From Chitinophagaceae bacterium (GTDB taxonomy: Bacteria > Bacteroidota > Bacteroidia > Chitinophagales > Chitinophagaceae), in NCBI GenBank assembly GCA_041661485.1, contig JBAZUJ010000014.1:9102-73101 (forward strand): a DNA stretch of 64,000 nucleotides, in the 5' to 3' direction. Below the pieces are notes generated by a model. It did no database searches, was not told the DNA's origin, and saw only the letters and a program-made list of their open reading frames with translations. The position numbers were made by a program, and so were the translations under genes. Of this stretch, positions 18,559 through 27,955 are shown in pieces. Every line of letters starts with the position of its first letter. Within the stretch, counting starts at the first letter, position 1.

Positions 18559-20502
18559 TTAAGACAATTGTTCTTCCAATGCCATCAACTCTTCAAAAGC
18601 CTTGTCATACTGTTTGTTCAGCGTGTCTGCCTGTTGGCTCAGCTTTTTATATTGCTCATCCAGTTGTTTGAATTTTTCTTTATCCTGGTATACGCGGGGA
18701 TCTGCCAGTGAAGCTTCCACTTTAGTTTGTTCAGCCTTGCATTTATTCAAATCTTCTTCCAGCTTCTGAAATGATTTTTGTTTTGTCTGAAATTCCTTTT
18801 TCAGGTTTCTCAGTTCGTCATCATTTACCTTTTTTTTTTCGGGTTTGGGCGCGGCTACCTTCTGTGTGGATGCTGGTTGCTCAGCCAGTTTTGCACGAGC
18901 GGCTTTATCAGCTTTATAAACAAGCCATTCATCATATGGGCCATTAAATTCTTTGATGATTCCTTCTTCAATTTCCCAGATTTTGTTCGCTGTTTTGCTC
19001 ACAAAATAACGGTCATGCGATACCAATACCAAAGTTCCCTGGTATTTGTTCAAGGCTTCGATCAGCATTTCCACACTCTGCATATCCAGGTGATTGGTAG
19101 GTTCATCCAGCATCAGGAAGTTTCCTTTTGCGACAATGGTTTTGGCCAATGCCACACGTGCTTTTTCTCCACCCGATAATACTTTGATTTTCTTGAAAAC
19201 GTCGTCGCCGCTAAACAGGAAACAGCCAAGGATCTGGCGCAGTTCCACCTCGGTTTTGCCGCTGCCGCACATTTTCAGTTCTTCCAGAATCTCATGGTTA
19301 ACATCCAGTGATTCCAGTTGATGTTGGGCATAGAAACTTTCTTCAACATTGTGACCCGGCTTGCGTTCACCCTCTATTTCTTCAGCACCGGAGATGACGC
19401 GAAGCAGCGTGGATTTACCTTTACCATTGGCACCCAACAAAGCGATTTTATCACCACGAATAATTTCGGCAGAAGTATTTTTGAGGATGGTGAGTTTGCC
19501 ATACGATTTACTCACATTATTCAAGGTGCAAATGATCTTACCAGGTTGTGTACCCACATGGAAATTGATATTCATTACCGGTACACTTGCATCCGGTGCT
19601 TCAATCATTTCCAGTTTATCCAAACGTTTCACCGCAGATTGTGCCTGTGCAGCTTTGGTCGCCTGAGCACGGAAACGTTCAATAAAACGCTCCTCTTTTT
19701 TGATATAATCCTGTTGGTTTTCGTATGCCCGTTGTTGCAGTTCCATACGTTCGGCTTTTTCTTTCAGGTACCAGGAATAGTTGCCGGTGTATTGCACCAG
19801 GTCGCGCTGCCAAACTTCCACTATCTTGGTCACCATCTTATCCAGGAAATGACGGTCATGCGAAACCACCACCACAGAACCCGGATAGCTTTGCAGATAA
19901 CGTTCCAGCCATTCGATAGACGGTAAATCAAGGTGATTGGTAGGTTCATCCAGCAGCAATAATTCCGGTGCCTGCAGCATCATTTTAGCCAGCAAAACAC
20001 GCATGCGCCATCCTCCTGAAAAGGTATCGTAAGGTCGTTGCAGGTCTTCGGTAGTAAAACCCAGTCCTTCCAGAACTTCAGCCGTTTTATGATCCATCTC
20101 ATAGCCACCTGCCATTTCGAAATCGTGCAGGGCGTGGCTATAATCATCCAGTAATTTTTCGTCGTCAGGTTTTGTTTCCAGTTCAGCAAGAATATCATTC
20201 ATTTCCTGCTCAATTTTATGGGCCTTTTCGAAGGCCTGCATCCCAACTTTTAAGATTGATTCTGAAGTAGAGAAACTCAAAAGATCCTGGTTGAAAAAAC
20301 CAAGACTCACATCTTTGGGTTTGTTCACGGTTCCGCTATCCGGCGAATAAGCGCCTGTCATAATGCGGAGTACGGTTGATTTTCCTGCACCATTTACACC
20401 AACAAGCCCAATGCGCTCATTGTTTCCGATCTGCCAATTAACCTCGTCGAGCATCGTACGCGCGCCGAAGGAAAAACTTAAATTTTGTAATGAAAGTAAC
20501 AT
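18559..20502 (-). CDS. ABC-F family ATPase (two ABC cassettes, no TM domain)
   Basis: Walker A GVNGAGKST and GANGKGKST. Signatures FSGGWRMRV and LSGGEKARV. Walker B LLLLDEPTNHLD and FLMLDEPTNHLD. Lys/Glu-rich coiled-coil tail. Confidence 0.93.
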   Translation of the reverse strand: MLLSLQNLSFSFGARTMLDEVNWQIGNNERIGLVGVNGAGKSTVLRIMTGAYSPDSGTVNKPKDVSLGFFNQDLLSFSTSESILKVGMQAFEKAHKIEQEMNDILAELETKPDDEKLLDDYSHALHDFEMAGGYEMDHKTAEVLEGLGFTTEDLQRPYDTFSGGWRMRVLLAKMMLQAPELLLLDEPTNHLDLPSIEWLERYLQSYPGSVVVVSHDRHFLDKMVTKIVEVWQRDLVQYTGNYSWYLKEKAERMELQQRAYENQQDYIKKEERFIERFRAQATKAAQAQSAVKRLDKLEMIEAPDASVPVMNINFHVGTQPGKIICTLNNVSKSYGKLTILKNTSAEIIRGDKIALLGANGKGKSTLLRVISGAEEIEGERKPGHNVEESFYAQHQLESLDVNHEILEELKMCGSGKTEVELRQILGCFLFSGDDVFKKIKVLSGGEKARVALAKTIVAKGNFLMLDEPTNHLDMQSVEMLIEALNKYQGTLVLVSHDRYFVSKTANKIWEIEEGIIKEFNGPYDEWLVYKADKAARAKLAEQPASTQKVAAPKPEKKKVNDDELRNLKKEFQTKQKSFQKLEEDLNKCKAEQTKVEASLADPRVYQDKEKFKQLDEQYKKLSQQADTLNKQYDKAFEELMALEEQLS

Positions 20503-20734
20503 AAGGGCGCAAAATTAAGCATTTGGAAGAGGATTTTAAAAGGAATTTTGTCAATGTCCGGTCACTGGAATCACAATTTAATTTCAATTTTTGAAACGCA
20601 TTAGAATTTCTGGTCAGTGTGGCTATGTATCCCGGTAGCCCAGATTGGCATAAATAGGGTGTTTTTCCTCTTGTAGGGTAAAAAACCGGGTCAGACATTT
20701 GTGTCGTTCTTAACCATTTTTAAAAATAATTTTT

Positions 20735-21151
20735 ATGAAAAAAGTATGGATGATCTTTCTCGTGCCCATTATGGCCTTATCTGTTAGTTGCAACCAACAG
20801 CCACCGGCTACCGGCACGTCAAATTGTGGCGATATGTCGGGCTACGAAATTGTAACCGCTGAAACACCTGTAAACAGTGATGTGACAAAACAAGTGGAAA
20901 TAAAATGCCCAGGCAACAAACGCGCTATGGGGGCAGGTTGGTCTGTTGAAGATTCTACCAGCGCTATCCTGGAGGGCGAGGCAACTTATTTCCAACCCGG
21001 TTACGACGGGAAATCGTGGTTAGTGAATGCAAAAAACAAAAGTGCCTTTTCGCCCAACTGGAAACTAAAAGTGACTTGTATTTGCGCCAACATTTGTGAT
21101 ACAACTGATGATTCTGTAACCCCTCCAGCCGACACAGCAACCGATAATTAA
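20735..21151 (+). CDS. hypothetical lipoprotein
   Basis: Signal peptide with lipobox ...MALSVSC. No recognised domain. Confidence 0.55.
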   Translation: MKKVWMIFLVPIMALSVSCNQQPPATGTSNCGDMSGYEIVTAETPVNSDVTKQVEIKCPGNKRAMGAGWSVEDSTSAILEGEATYFQPGYDGKSWLVNAKNKSAFSPNWKLKVTCICANICDTTDDSVTPPADTATDN

Positions 21152-21169
21152 TTGTCCTGTATTTTCTTC

Positions 21170-21206
21170 GCCTCAACATCAACAACATTGGTGTTGAGGC
21201 TTTTTT
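21170..21206 (+). terminator. intrinsic terminator
   Basis: Stem GCCTCAACA (21170-21178) / TGTTGAGGC (21192-21200), followed by T6. Confidence 0.75.
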
Positions 21207-21462
21207 GATTAGCTCTATGCTTTTAAAAGATTAGCTGTTTCATTGACAGGCACTGCGTTAATGGTCAAATTCACGGAACATTATCACTTTATGCCACAAA
21301 TAAGTTTTATCTTTGCTTATTCTTTCAGAAGAACGTACGCTCTGTACTTGTAAAGTATTAACCATTACATTTCAGTCTTCTCCCTTACATTTTTCTTTGG
21401 AGTATTTTAAAATCTGTGTTGCACAACGCAATATGGAAGACTATAATTATTAAAAAACAACA

Positions 21463-22590
21463 ATGACATTTAAAGAATTAAATTTAATACAGCCCTTACT
21501 GGGCGCACTTGACAAAATAGGCTATACCCAACCAACACCCATCCAGGAGCAATCCATTCCCCATTTACTTGAAGGCCGCGACATATTCGGTTGCGCACAA
21601 ACCGGAACCGGAAAAACGGCAGCTTTTGCCTTACCCATCTTACAATTATTAGACGCACAGAAAATTGGTCCACGCAGCGGAATTAAAGCGCTGATTTTGG
21701 CTCCTACACGCGAACTGGCCATACAAATCCACGAGAATGTGGTCGCTTACAGTGAAAATCTGAATATCACATCAGCCGTAATCTTTGGTGGAGTTAACCA
21801 ACACAGCCAGGTGCAGGCTTTGCGTTCAGGTGTTAATATCCTGATTGCCACTCCGGGCCGTTTGCTCGATTTGATGCAACAAGGGTTTATCAAATTGAAT
21901 ATGGTAACGCATTTCGTATTAGACGAAGCAGATCGTATGCTGGATATGGGTTTTATCCACGATATCAAAAAAATTATTCCAAAATTACCTACACAAAAGC
22001 AAACCATTTTCTTCTCCGCAACGGTTGCGCCGGATATCAAAAAACTTGCCGATAGTTTGTTGCACAAACCGGTAACGGTGGAAGTGACACCGATTTCTAC
22101 AGCGGCAGAATTGGTTGACCAGTCTGTTTATTTTGTAGACAAAAATCATAAAAGAACTTTACTGAAGCACCTGATTAAAGAGAATAACATTCAGCAGGCT
22201 TTGGTGTTTACCCGTACCAAACACGGTGCTGATAAAGTGGTAAAAGAGCTGAATAAAAGCGGTATTTCTGCGGAAGCCATTCATGGCAACAAATCGCAGA
22301 ATGCCCGCGAACGTGCCCTTTCCGGATTCAAGAATCACGCCATCCGTATTCTGGTGGCTACTGATATCGCTTCGCGCGGTATTGATGTGGACAAATTGGG
22401 CCACGTGATCAACTTCGAATTACCGGAAGTTGCCGAAACGTATGTGCATCGTATTGGTCGTACCGGCCGTGCGGGTTCTGAAGGTGTGGCTTTCTCTTTT
22501 TGCGATGCAGATGAAATGCAATATTTCAAAGGCATTACCAAACTGATGAAACGTGATATCCGCAAAGTAGAACATCCGTTTAATAACTAA
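21463..22590 (+). CDS. rhlE: DEAD-box ATP-dependent RNA helicase
   Basis: Q-motif region, AQTGTGKT (motif I), VLDEADRM (DEAD), SAT, and HRIGRTGRAG (motif VI). Confidence 0.92.
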   Translation: MTFKELNLIQPLLGALDKIGYTQPTPIQEQSIPHLLEGRDIFGCAQTGTGKTAAFALPILQLLDAQKIGPRSGIKALILAPTRELAIQIHENVVAYSENLNITSAVIFGGVNQHSQVQALRSGVNILIATPGRLLDLMQQGFIKLNMVTHFVLDEADRMLDMGFIHDIKKIIPKLPTQKQTIFFSATVAPDIKKLADSLLHKPVTVEVTPISTAAELVDQSVYFVDKNHKRTLLKHLIKENNIQQALVFTRTKHGADKVVKELNKSGISAEAIHGNKSQNARERALSGFKNHAIRILVATDIASRGIDVDKLGHVINFELPEVAETYVHRIGRTGRAGSEGVAFSFCDADEMQYFKGITKLMKRDIRKVEHPFNN

Positions 22591-22614
22591 ACAGATTTTA
22601 ATAGTATAAATCAA

Positions 22615-22645
22615 AACGGCTCCGATATTCGGGGCCGTTTTTGTT
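22615..22645 (+). terminator. intrinsic terminator after helicase gene
   Basis: 10-bp stem AACGGCTCCG / CGGGGCCGTT with a 5-nt loop, followed by a T-rich tail. Confidence 0.75.
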
Positions 22646-22707
22646 ATTTAAAGAATTACGGGAAAAAACGAATTCATCGCTGATTCAGTTCTTAAAATGA
22701 GTACTCA

Positions 22708-22911
22708 TTAAACACCCTTTCCTTCTGATATGTCATCACCAAATTCAAGGTCAGGATATAGTTTCGTAATTTCCTGTATTTCCATCTGGTACAGTTCAAT
22801 CTTATTGTCTTCTATTGGTTCCAGCTTGCCATTAACATCTCTGTATTGCTTTGCCAAAAGATCCTTTATCTGCGCCATGCGTGCGCGAATTTGTTCAATT
22901 GTAAATTCCAT
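22708..22911 (-). CDS. small hypothetical protein
   Basis: 67-aa acidic helical ORF starting with ATG. No recognisable motif. Confidence 0.4.
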   Translation of the reverse strand: MEFTIEQIRARMAQIKDLLAKQYRDVNGKLEPIEDNKIELYQMEIQEITKLYPDLEFGDDISEGKGV

Positions 22912-23148
22912 AATTGCAGGTTTTACTAAAAGTAGCTTTTTTTCACCTGTAGGGCTAATTCTATAGAGTATCCTTGCGATTTTTAGGATAATGCTTAGAA
23001 AGTGTATTTCAATGAGCTCTCTTTTCGAAATTAAAAATGCGTTTTTTAACTGATGAAATGTAACCTGTAAATAACACTGGTTATTGTTTAGTAATTTAGC
23101 TAAAATGAAATTGTTAGCGTTCGTTATCGAAAGTAAATTTCACCCAAT

Positions 23149-23180
23149 AAAAAAAGGACAATCATTGGTATGATTGTCCT
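23149..23180 (-). terminator. intrinsic terminator downstream of tRNA-Glu (bidirectional hairpin)
   Basis: Stem AGGACAATCA (23155-23164) / TGATTGTCCT (23171-23180). It is flanked by A7 on the plus strand (T7 on the minus strand) and by T4 on the other side. Confidence 0.7.
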
Positions 23181-23186
23181 TTTTGC

Positions 23187-23261
23187 TGGTACCATGTACG
23201 GGAGTCGAACCCGTCATTCCTCCGTGAAAGGGAGGCGTCTTAACCGATTGACCAACACGGC
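23187..23261 (-). tRNA. tRNA-Glu (anticodon UUC)
   Basis: The hand-folded reverse complement is GCCGTGT-TG-GTCA...AGAC-G-CCTCC-CTTTCAC-GGAGG-AATG-ACGGG-TTCGACT-CCCGT-ACATGGT-A-CCA. It forms a cloverleaf with U33, anticodon TTC, A37, a GTTCGA T-loop and an encoded CCA. The acceptor stem has two G-U pairs. Confidence 0.85.
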
Positions 23262-23328
23262 ATTTCCTGTTTCGGAGTGCAAAGATAGGCAGGATTTTAT
23301 TTCTGCCAAATTTTCTTTGAATTATTTT

Positions 23329-24099
23329 TTACTTTTTTTCTACCATCGCTTTAATGATGCCCAAAAAGTCGTCTGCAAGCAATGATGCGCCACCAATCAG
23401 ACCACCGTCTACATCCGCTCCTGCAAAGAGTTCTGCAGCGTTTGAAGCTTTACAGCTGCCGCCATACAGAATACTTGTTTTGTTGGCCACATCAGCACCA
23501 TATTGGGCAGCTAATACCTGGCGGATGTGTTGGTGCATATCCTGCGCCTGTTCGGCAGAAGCGGTGCGTCCTGTACCAATTGCCCAGATGGGTTCGTATG
23601 CAATCACAATATTGCTCATCGCAGCCGCATCAAGGTGAAATAAACTTTCTTTTAATTGTTGTCCTACAAAATCATTCTGCGTACCTGCATCACGAATGGC
23701 CAATGATTCCCCGCAGCAGAAAATGACGGTCAGTTTTTCTGCTAATGCAGCATTTGTTTTTGCAGCAAGCAGGGCATTGTCTTCATTGTTGTAGGCACGT
23801 CGTTCAGAATGGCCGATAATAACATAGCGCACACCGGCATCTTTCAGCATCGGAGCCGATATTTCACCCGTATAAGCACCTGATTTTTCCTGGTGGCAGG
23901 TTTGTGCTGCTACAGAAACAAAAGCAGTGTATTGCGTTTGTGCAACAGCTTGTGAAAGGTGTAAAAAAGGTGTGGCAAACACAACCTGGTTTTCTTCGCT
24001 CAAAGCAGGTAATTTATCCAGAATGGCTGTGATTAAAGCGTTTCCTTCACCAAGAGTCAGATTCATTTTCCAGTTGCCTGCTACTATTTTTTTGCGCAT
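23329..24099 (-). CDS. tpiA: triose-phosphate isomerase
   Basis: AGNWKMN, IIGHSERR, AYEPIWAIGTG and YGGS motifs. 256 aa. Confidence 0.96.
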   Translation of the reverse strand: MRKKIVAGNWKMNLTLGEGNALITAILDKLPALSEENQVVFATPFLHLSQAVAQTQYTAFVSVAAQTCHQEKSGAYTGEISAPMLKDAGVRYVIIGHSERRAYNNEDNALLAAKTNAALAEKLTVIFCCGESLAIRDAGTQNDFVGQQLKESLFHLDAAAMSNIVIAYEPIWAIGTGRTASAEQAQDMHQHIRQVLAAQYGADVANKTSILYGGSCKASNAAELFAGADVDGGLIGGASLLADDFLGIIKAMVEKK

Positions 24100-24155
24100 T
24101 ATAAATGTTGTTTTTAGTTTTATAAAATTAGATGTTGTTTGATTTTGATAGAATA

Positions 24156-25334
24156 CTATGCTCTGTTATCGAACAGATATTGATACATTTTCAATTCAGC
24201 TTCGCTCATGCTAATGCCGCGCCTTTCCATCATTCTGCCGGCTGTTTCCATTGCTTTATCGAATGCATAAACTGCAGTTTCTCCAGCCGCACCCCAACTG
24301 AATGATGGCACAAATTTATCCGGAAAACTGCTGCCGAATACATTACTGCTCACACCAACTACCGTACCGGTATTGAACATGGTATTGATACCGCTTTTGG
24401 AATGGTCGCCCATCATCAGGCCACAAAACTGAAGTCCTGTGCTGATCAGTTTATTTTGTTGCTCGTCCCACACTTTCACCAGGTCATAATTGTTTTTGAG
24501 GTTGCTGCAGTTTGTATCCGCACCAAGGTTGCACCATTCGCCAATCACAGCGTTGCCGATAAAACCGTCGTGCCCTTTGTTGCTGTTCGCAAAAAATACG
24601 ACATTGCTTACTTCTCCGCCAACTTTACAACCTTCACCAATTGTGGTCGCGCCATATACTTTTGCGCCCATTTTCAGTACGGCATTTTTGCCCAAAGCTA
24701 TTGGTCCGCGCAGCATACAGCCTTCCATTACTTCCGCATGGGCAGCAATATAAACCGGACCTTTTGATGCGTTGATGATACAAGGATTCAGGATGGCTCC
24801 TTCTTCAATAAAAATATGTTCAGGATCAATAGCAGTAACGTAATGGGGAACAGGCTGAGAGATTTTGCCTTTCGTCATTAAAAGAAAATCAGCATGAATG
24901 GTGGCTTCATTTTGCAGAAAAATATCCCAGATTCTATTCAGGCTTTTTACATCACCATTGAATGAAATGGCTTTAAAATTTTTTATGCTTTCAGTAAAAT
25001 GTTCAAACGTAATTTCAGTATTGTTTTCCACCAGTGCTGCAATCACAATGCCGTTTTGTTCCAGCTTTTCGTTTCCTTTTAAAGACTTTATTGCGGTAAC
25101 AATTTCGGGATTCGCAAATACGGAACCATTAATATAAGTGGTGGCATTAGGATTCCCTGCCGGAAAAACCTCTTGCATATAAGCCGGGCAAAGGGTAGTG
25201 GTGCTTTGGCCTAACATCAACTCCCAGCGCTCACGCATCGTCATTATCCCGCAACGGATATCCGCCACAGGACGTGTATGTGTGAAGGGAAGCAATTGAA
25301 GGCGGACTTCAGAATCGAATAAGGTGTAGTTCAT
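24156..25334 (-). CDS. GlmU-family putative sugar nucleotidyltransferase with left-handed beta-helix
   Basis: N-terminal LFDSEVRLQLLPFTHTRPVADIRCGIMTMRERW pattern, plus hexapeptide-repeat-like C-terminal half. Confidence 0.75.
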   Translation of the reverse strand: MNYTLFDSEVRLQLLPFTHTRPVADIRCGIMTMRERWELMLGQSTTTLCPAYMQEVFPAGNPNATTYINGSVFANPEIVTAIKSLKGNEKLEQNGIVIAALVENNTEITFEHFTESIKNFKAISFNGDVKSLNRIWDIFLQNEATIHADFLLMTKGKISQPVPHYVTAIDPEHIFIEEGAILNPCIINASKGPVYIAAHAEVMEGCMLRGPIALGKNAVLKMGAKVYGATTIGEGCKVGGEVSNVVFFANSNKGHDGFIGNAVIGEWCNLGADTNCSNLKNNYDLVKVWDEQQNKLISTGLQFCGLMMGDHSKSGINTMFNTGTVVGVSSNVFGSSFPDKFVPSFSWGAAGETAVYAFDKAMETAGRMMERRGISMSEAELKMYQYLFDNRA

Positions 25335-25343
25335 TTTTCCTAT

Positions 25344-25373
25344 AAAAAAATCCCAACGAATGTCGGGATTTTT
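25344..25373 (-). terminator. intrinsic terminator after rpmE (bidirectional hairpin)
   Basis: Imperfect stem AATCCCAAC / GTCGGGATT, flanked by A7 (T7 on the minus strand) and T5. Confidence 0.6.
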
Positions 25374-25403
25374 ATTTGATAATATAATGACTGAAATTCA
25401 GTA

Positions 25404-25655
25404 TTAAGCTTTTTTCGCGTAACGGTTTTTGAATTTCTCGATACGACCTGCAGTATCAACGAACATAGATTTACCGGTGTAGAAAGGATGAGAAGTGTTT
25501 GAAATCTCCACTTTGATAACCGGATATTCGTTACCATCTTCCCAAACGATCGTTTCTTTGCTTGCAGCTGTAGAGCGTGTCAGGAAAGTAGTTTCGTTAG
25601 ACATATCTTTGAAAACTACTAAACGGTAATTTTCCGGGTGAATTGCTTTTTTCAT
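25404..25655 (-). CDS. rpmE: 50S ribosomal protein L31, type B (no Zn-ribbon cysteines)
   Basis: [17 protein letters not shown]... start and ...HPFYTGK... motif. No CxxC motifs, hence type B. Confidence 0.93.
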   Translation of the reverse strand: MKKAIHPENYRLVVFKDMSNETTFLTRSTAASKETIVWEDGNEYPVIKVEISNTSHPFYTGKSMFVDTAGRIEKFKNRYAKKA

Positions 25656-25747
25656 TGCTTAAAAAATTGTTTTGGAGTATGGATTTTGCCATACAGATTG
25701 TAAAATAAGATTGCAAAGGTAGGTAAACCCGACTATTTGAAAAAATA

Positions 25748-26272
25748 TTATTTCACTAATTTATTCAAATCAGCCACAGCTTCTTCTGCACTCATATATT
25801 TTGCAAGAATTTTTCCGTCTGCGCCAATCAGGAACGCCTGCGGAACATATTGAATACCATATATTTCAGCTGCTTTTGACTGCCATGCACCCAAATCACT
25901 CATATGATATGGCCATTCCAGTTTGTCAGCTGTAATTGCCTGCATCCAGGCTTCTTTTGCTTTATCCAGGGAAACACTCACGACGGTAAAGCCATTTTTA
26001 GCTCCTTTAAAGCTTTTTTTCTTGTAATCGTTATACAATTTCACAAGAGCGGGGTTTGAACGACGGCAAGGGCCACACCAGGATGCCCAGAAATCCAACA
26101 GTATTACACGGCCTTTATTAATTTCAGATAAAACCAGTTTTTTGCCTGCAGGATCCTCAAAGGCAAGTTCCGGAGCTTTCGCACCAACTATAATCTTTGT
26201 ATTTTCGTATTGAGCTGAAGCAGAAAGGCTGATAGCGCAGCAAAATAATAGGGCAGAGAAGATTTTTTTCAT
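25748..26272 (-). CDS. TlpA/ResA-family thiol:disulfide oxidoreductase
   Basis: Signal peptide and thioredoxin-fold active site WASWCGPC. Confidence 0.88.
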   Translation of the reverse strand: MKKIFSALLFCCAISLSASAQYENTKIIVGAKAPELAFEDPAGKKLVLSEINKGRVILLDFWASWCGPCRRSNPALVKLYNDYKKKSFKGAKNGFTVVSVSLDKAKEAWMQAITADKLEWPYHMSDLGAWQSKAAEIYGIQYVPQAFLIGADGKILAKYMSAEEAVADLNKLVK

Positions 26273-26422
26273 TGTTTGTTTTCCTTTTACGAAATTTTGA
26301 ACCGTAAATGTATTGAAAAATTAATTTAGTTTTTTGAATTTACTTTAGTTGCTTCGTTAAAATTTGGTTTAACTATTTTTTGCGATTAACTTACGCTTCT
26401 TAATATTAGAAACACAACAATT

Positions 26423-27538
26423 ATGATAATAGGTGTTTTAAAGGAACAATTACCCGAAACCCGCGTTTCGCTCGTGCCTGAGGTTGTAGCGGCACTTACC
26501 AAAATGAAAGCAGTAATCTGGATAGAATCCGGAGCCGGAGATGGTGCTTTCTTCTCCGACAAAGCCTATTCCGATGCAGGTGCAATTATCAAGTCTTCTT
26601 CAGAAATTACAAGTGGTGCAGATTTAATTTTGGCCATAAATCCTGCATTAGTCGAGGCTTCTGTAAAGCCTTCAGCAGTTTTGATGGGTGTTTATCAGCC
26701 TTTGTTTAATCCTTCTTTGATGACAAAACTGGCTGGTGCAAATCAGACAGTTTTTAGTCTGGATACCATTCCCCGTACCACCCGTGCGCAAAGTATGGAT
26801 GTACTGAGTTCGCAGGCAAATATAGCAGGTTACAAAGCAGTGTTGATGGCTGCAATGCAATACAGCCGTTACTTTCCGATGTTTATGACTGCGGCAGGAA
26901 GTATTCCTCCGGCCAAAGTAATGATTCTCGGTGCAGGTGTTGCCGGCTTGCAGGCTATTGCAACCGCACGTCGTCTTGGTGCAGTTGTTGAAGTGTTTGA
27001 TACCCGTCCTGCGGTAAAAGAAGAAGTAGGAAGTCTTGGTGCAAAATTTATTGAAGTGGAAGGAGCTGCTGATGCTTCAAAAGCCGGTGGATACGCCGTT
27101 CAGCAATCTGAAGAGTTTCAGGCCAAGCAAAAGGCAAAAATTCATGAGCATATCCGCAAAAGCGATATTGTTATCACGACGGCACAAATTCCGGGCATGA
27201 AAGCGCCTATCCTCATTACAAAGGAAATGATGGAAGATATGCGTTCGGGTTCGGTGATTATTGACCTTGCTTCGGCAACAGGGGGCAATACAGACTTTAC
27301 AAAAGACAAGGAAACAGTTGTTCATAATGGTGTCACGATTATCGGGAACTCTGCTTTAGCAGCTTCTATGTCATCCGACGCCAGCAAAATGTATTCGAAA
27401 AATGTGTTGAATTTCCTGAAGTTAATCATCGACGCAGAAGGAAATATGAACCTCAACTTCGAAGACGATATTGTAAAAGGAACATGTATTGTACATAACG
27501 GAACAATCGTCAATGAAAGAGTCGCAGCACTTGGCTAG
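26423..27538 (+). CDS. pntAA: NAD(P) transhydrogenase subunit alpha part 1 (dI)
   Basis: Alanine-dehydrogenase/PNT-like domain with the Rossmann motif VMILGAGVAGLQAI. Followed by the pntAB and pntB genes. Confidence 0.92.
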   Translation: MIIGVLKEQLPETRVSLVPEVVAALTKMKAVIWIESGAGDGAFFSDKAYSDAGAIIKSSSEITSGADLILAINPALVEASVKPSAVLMGVYQPLFNPSLMTKLAGANQTVFSLDTIPRTTRAQSMDVLSSQANIAGYKAVLMAAMQYSRYFPMFMTAAGSIPPAKVMILGAGVAGLQAIATARRLGAVVEVFDTRPAVKEEVGSLGAKFIEVEGAADASKAGGYAVQQSEEFQAKQKAKIHEHIRKSDIVITTAQIPGMKAPILITKEMMEDMRSGSVIIDLASATGGNTDFTKDKETVVHNGVTIIGNSALAASMSSDASKMYSKNVLNFLKLIIDAEGNMNLNFEDDIVKGTCIVHNGTIVNERVAALG

Positions 27539-27582
27539 TTGTTTCCTTAACTAATTCTTTATTCAAATTAATATTTCATAAA

Positions 27583-27903
27583 ATGGAAGCTATTCAAAAC
27601 CTTTTTACAGACCCGGCAACGTATCGTTTGCTCACCATTGTTATTCTTTCCATCTTTTTGGGAATAGAAGTGATTGGCCGTGTGCCATCTGTATTGCATA
27701 CGCCGCTCATGAGCGGAGCCAATGCTATTCATGGTGTGGTGATTATCGGGGCGATTATCGTAATGGGACAAGCCCCTTCAGACGATTACCTGGCGCTTAC
27801 TTTAGGCTTTCTTGCGGTGATACTTGGAACGCTGAATGTAGTCGGTGGTTTTGTGGTGACAGATAGAATGCTGGAAATGTTCTCCAAGAAAAAGAAAAAA
27901 TAA
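27583..27903 (+). CDS. pntAB: NAD(P) transhydrogenase subunit alpha part 2 (membrane dII-alpha)
   Basis: 106-aa three-TM protein with ...TPLMSGANAIHG... It lies between pntAA and pntB. Confidence 0.88.
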   Translation: MEAIQNLFTDPATYRLLTIVILSIFLGIEVIGRVPSVLHTPLMSGANAIHGVVIIGAIIVMGQAPSDDYLALTLGFLAVILGTLNVVGGFVVTDRMLEMFSKKKKK

Positions 27904-27955
27904 CCGAACACACTTCATTTTCAACCAAATTATTTCAAGCAACTTTTTTATAAAT

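Noticed and set aside
19318-19926. 202-aa plus-strand ORF (and other plus-strand ORFs at 18778-19919)
   Set aside because: They are antisense to the ABC-F ATPase, which has two complete Walker A/signature/Walker B sets.
23187-23261. Possible suppressor/Sec tRNA with anticodon TCA
   Set aside because: That reading came from a mis-registered anticodon stem (CTCCC/GGAGG has a mismatch). The correct 5-bp stem CCTCC/GGAGG gives the loop CTTTCAC with U33, anticodon TTC (Glu) and A37.
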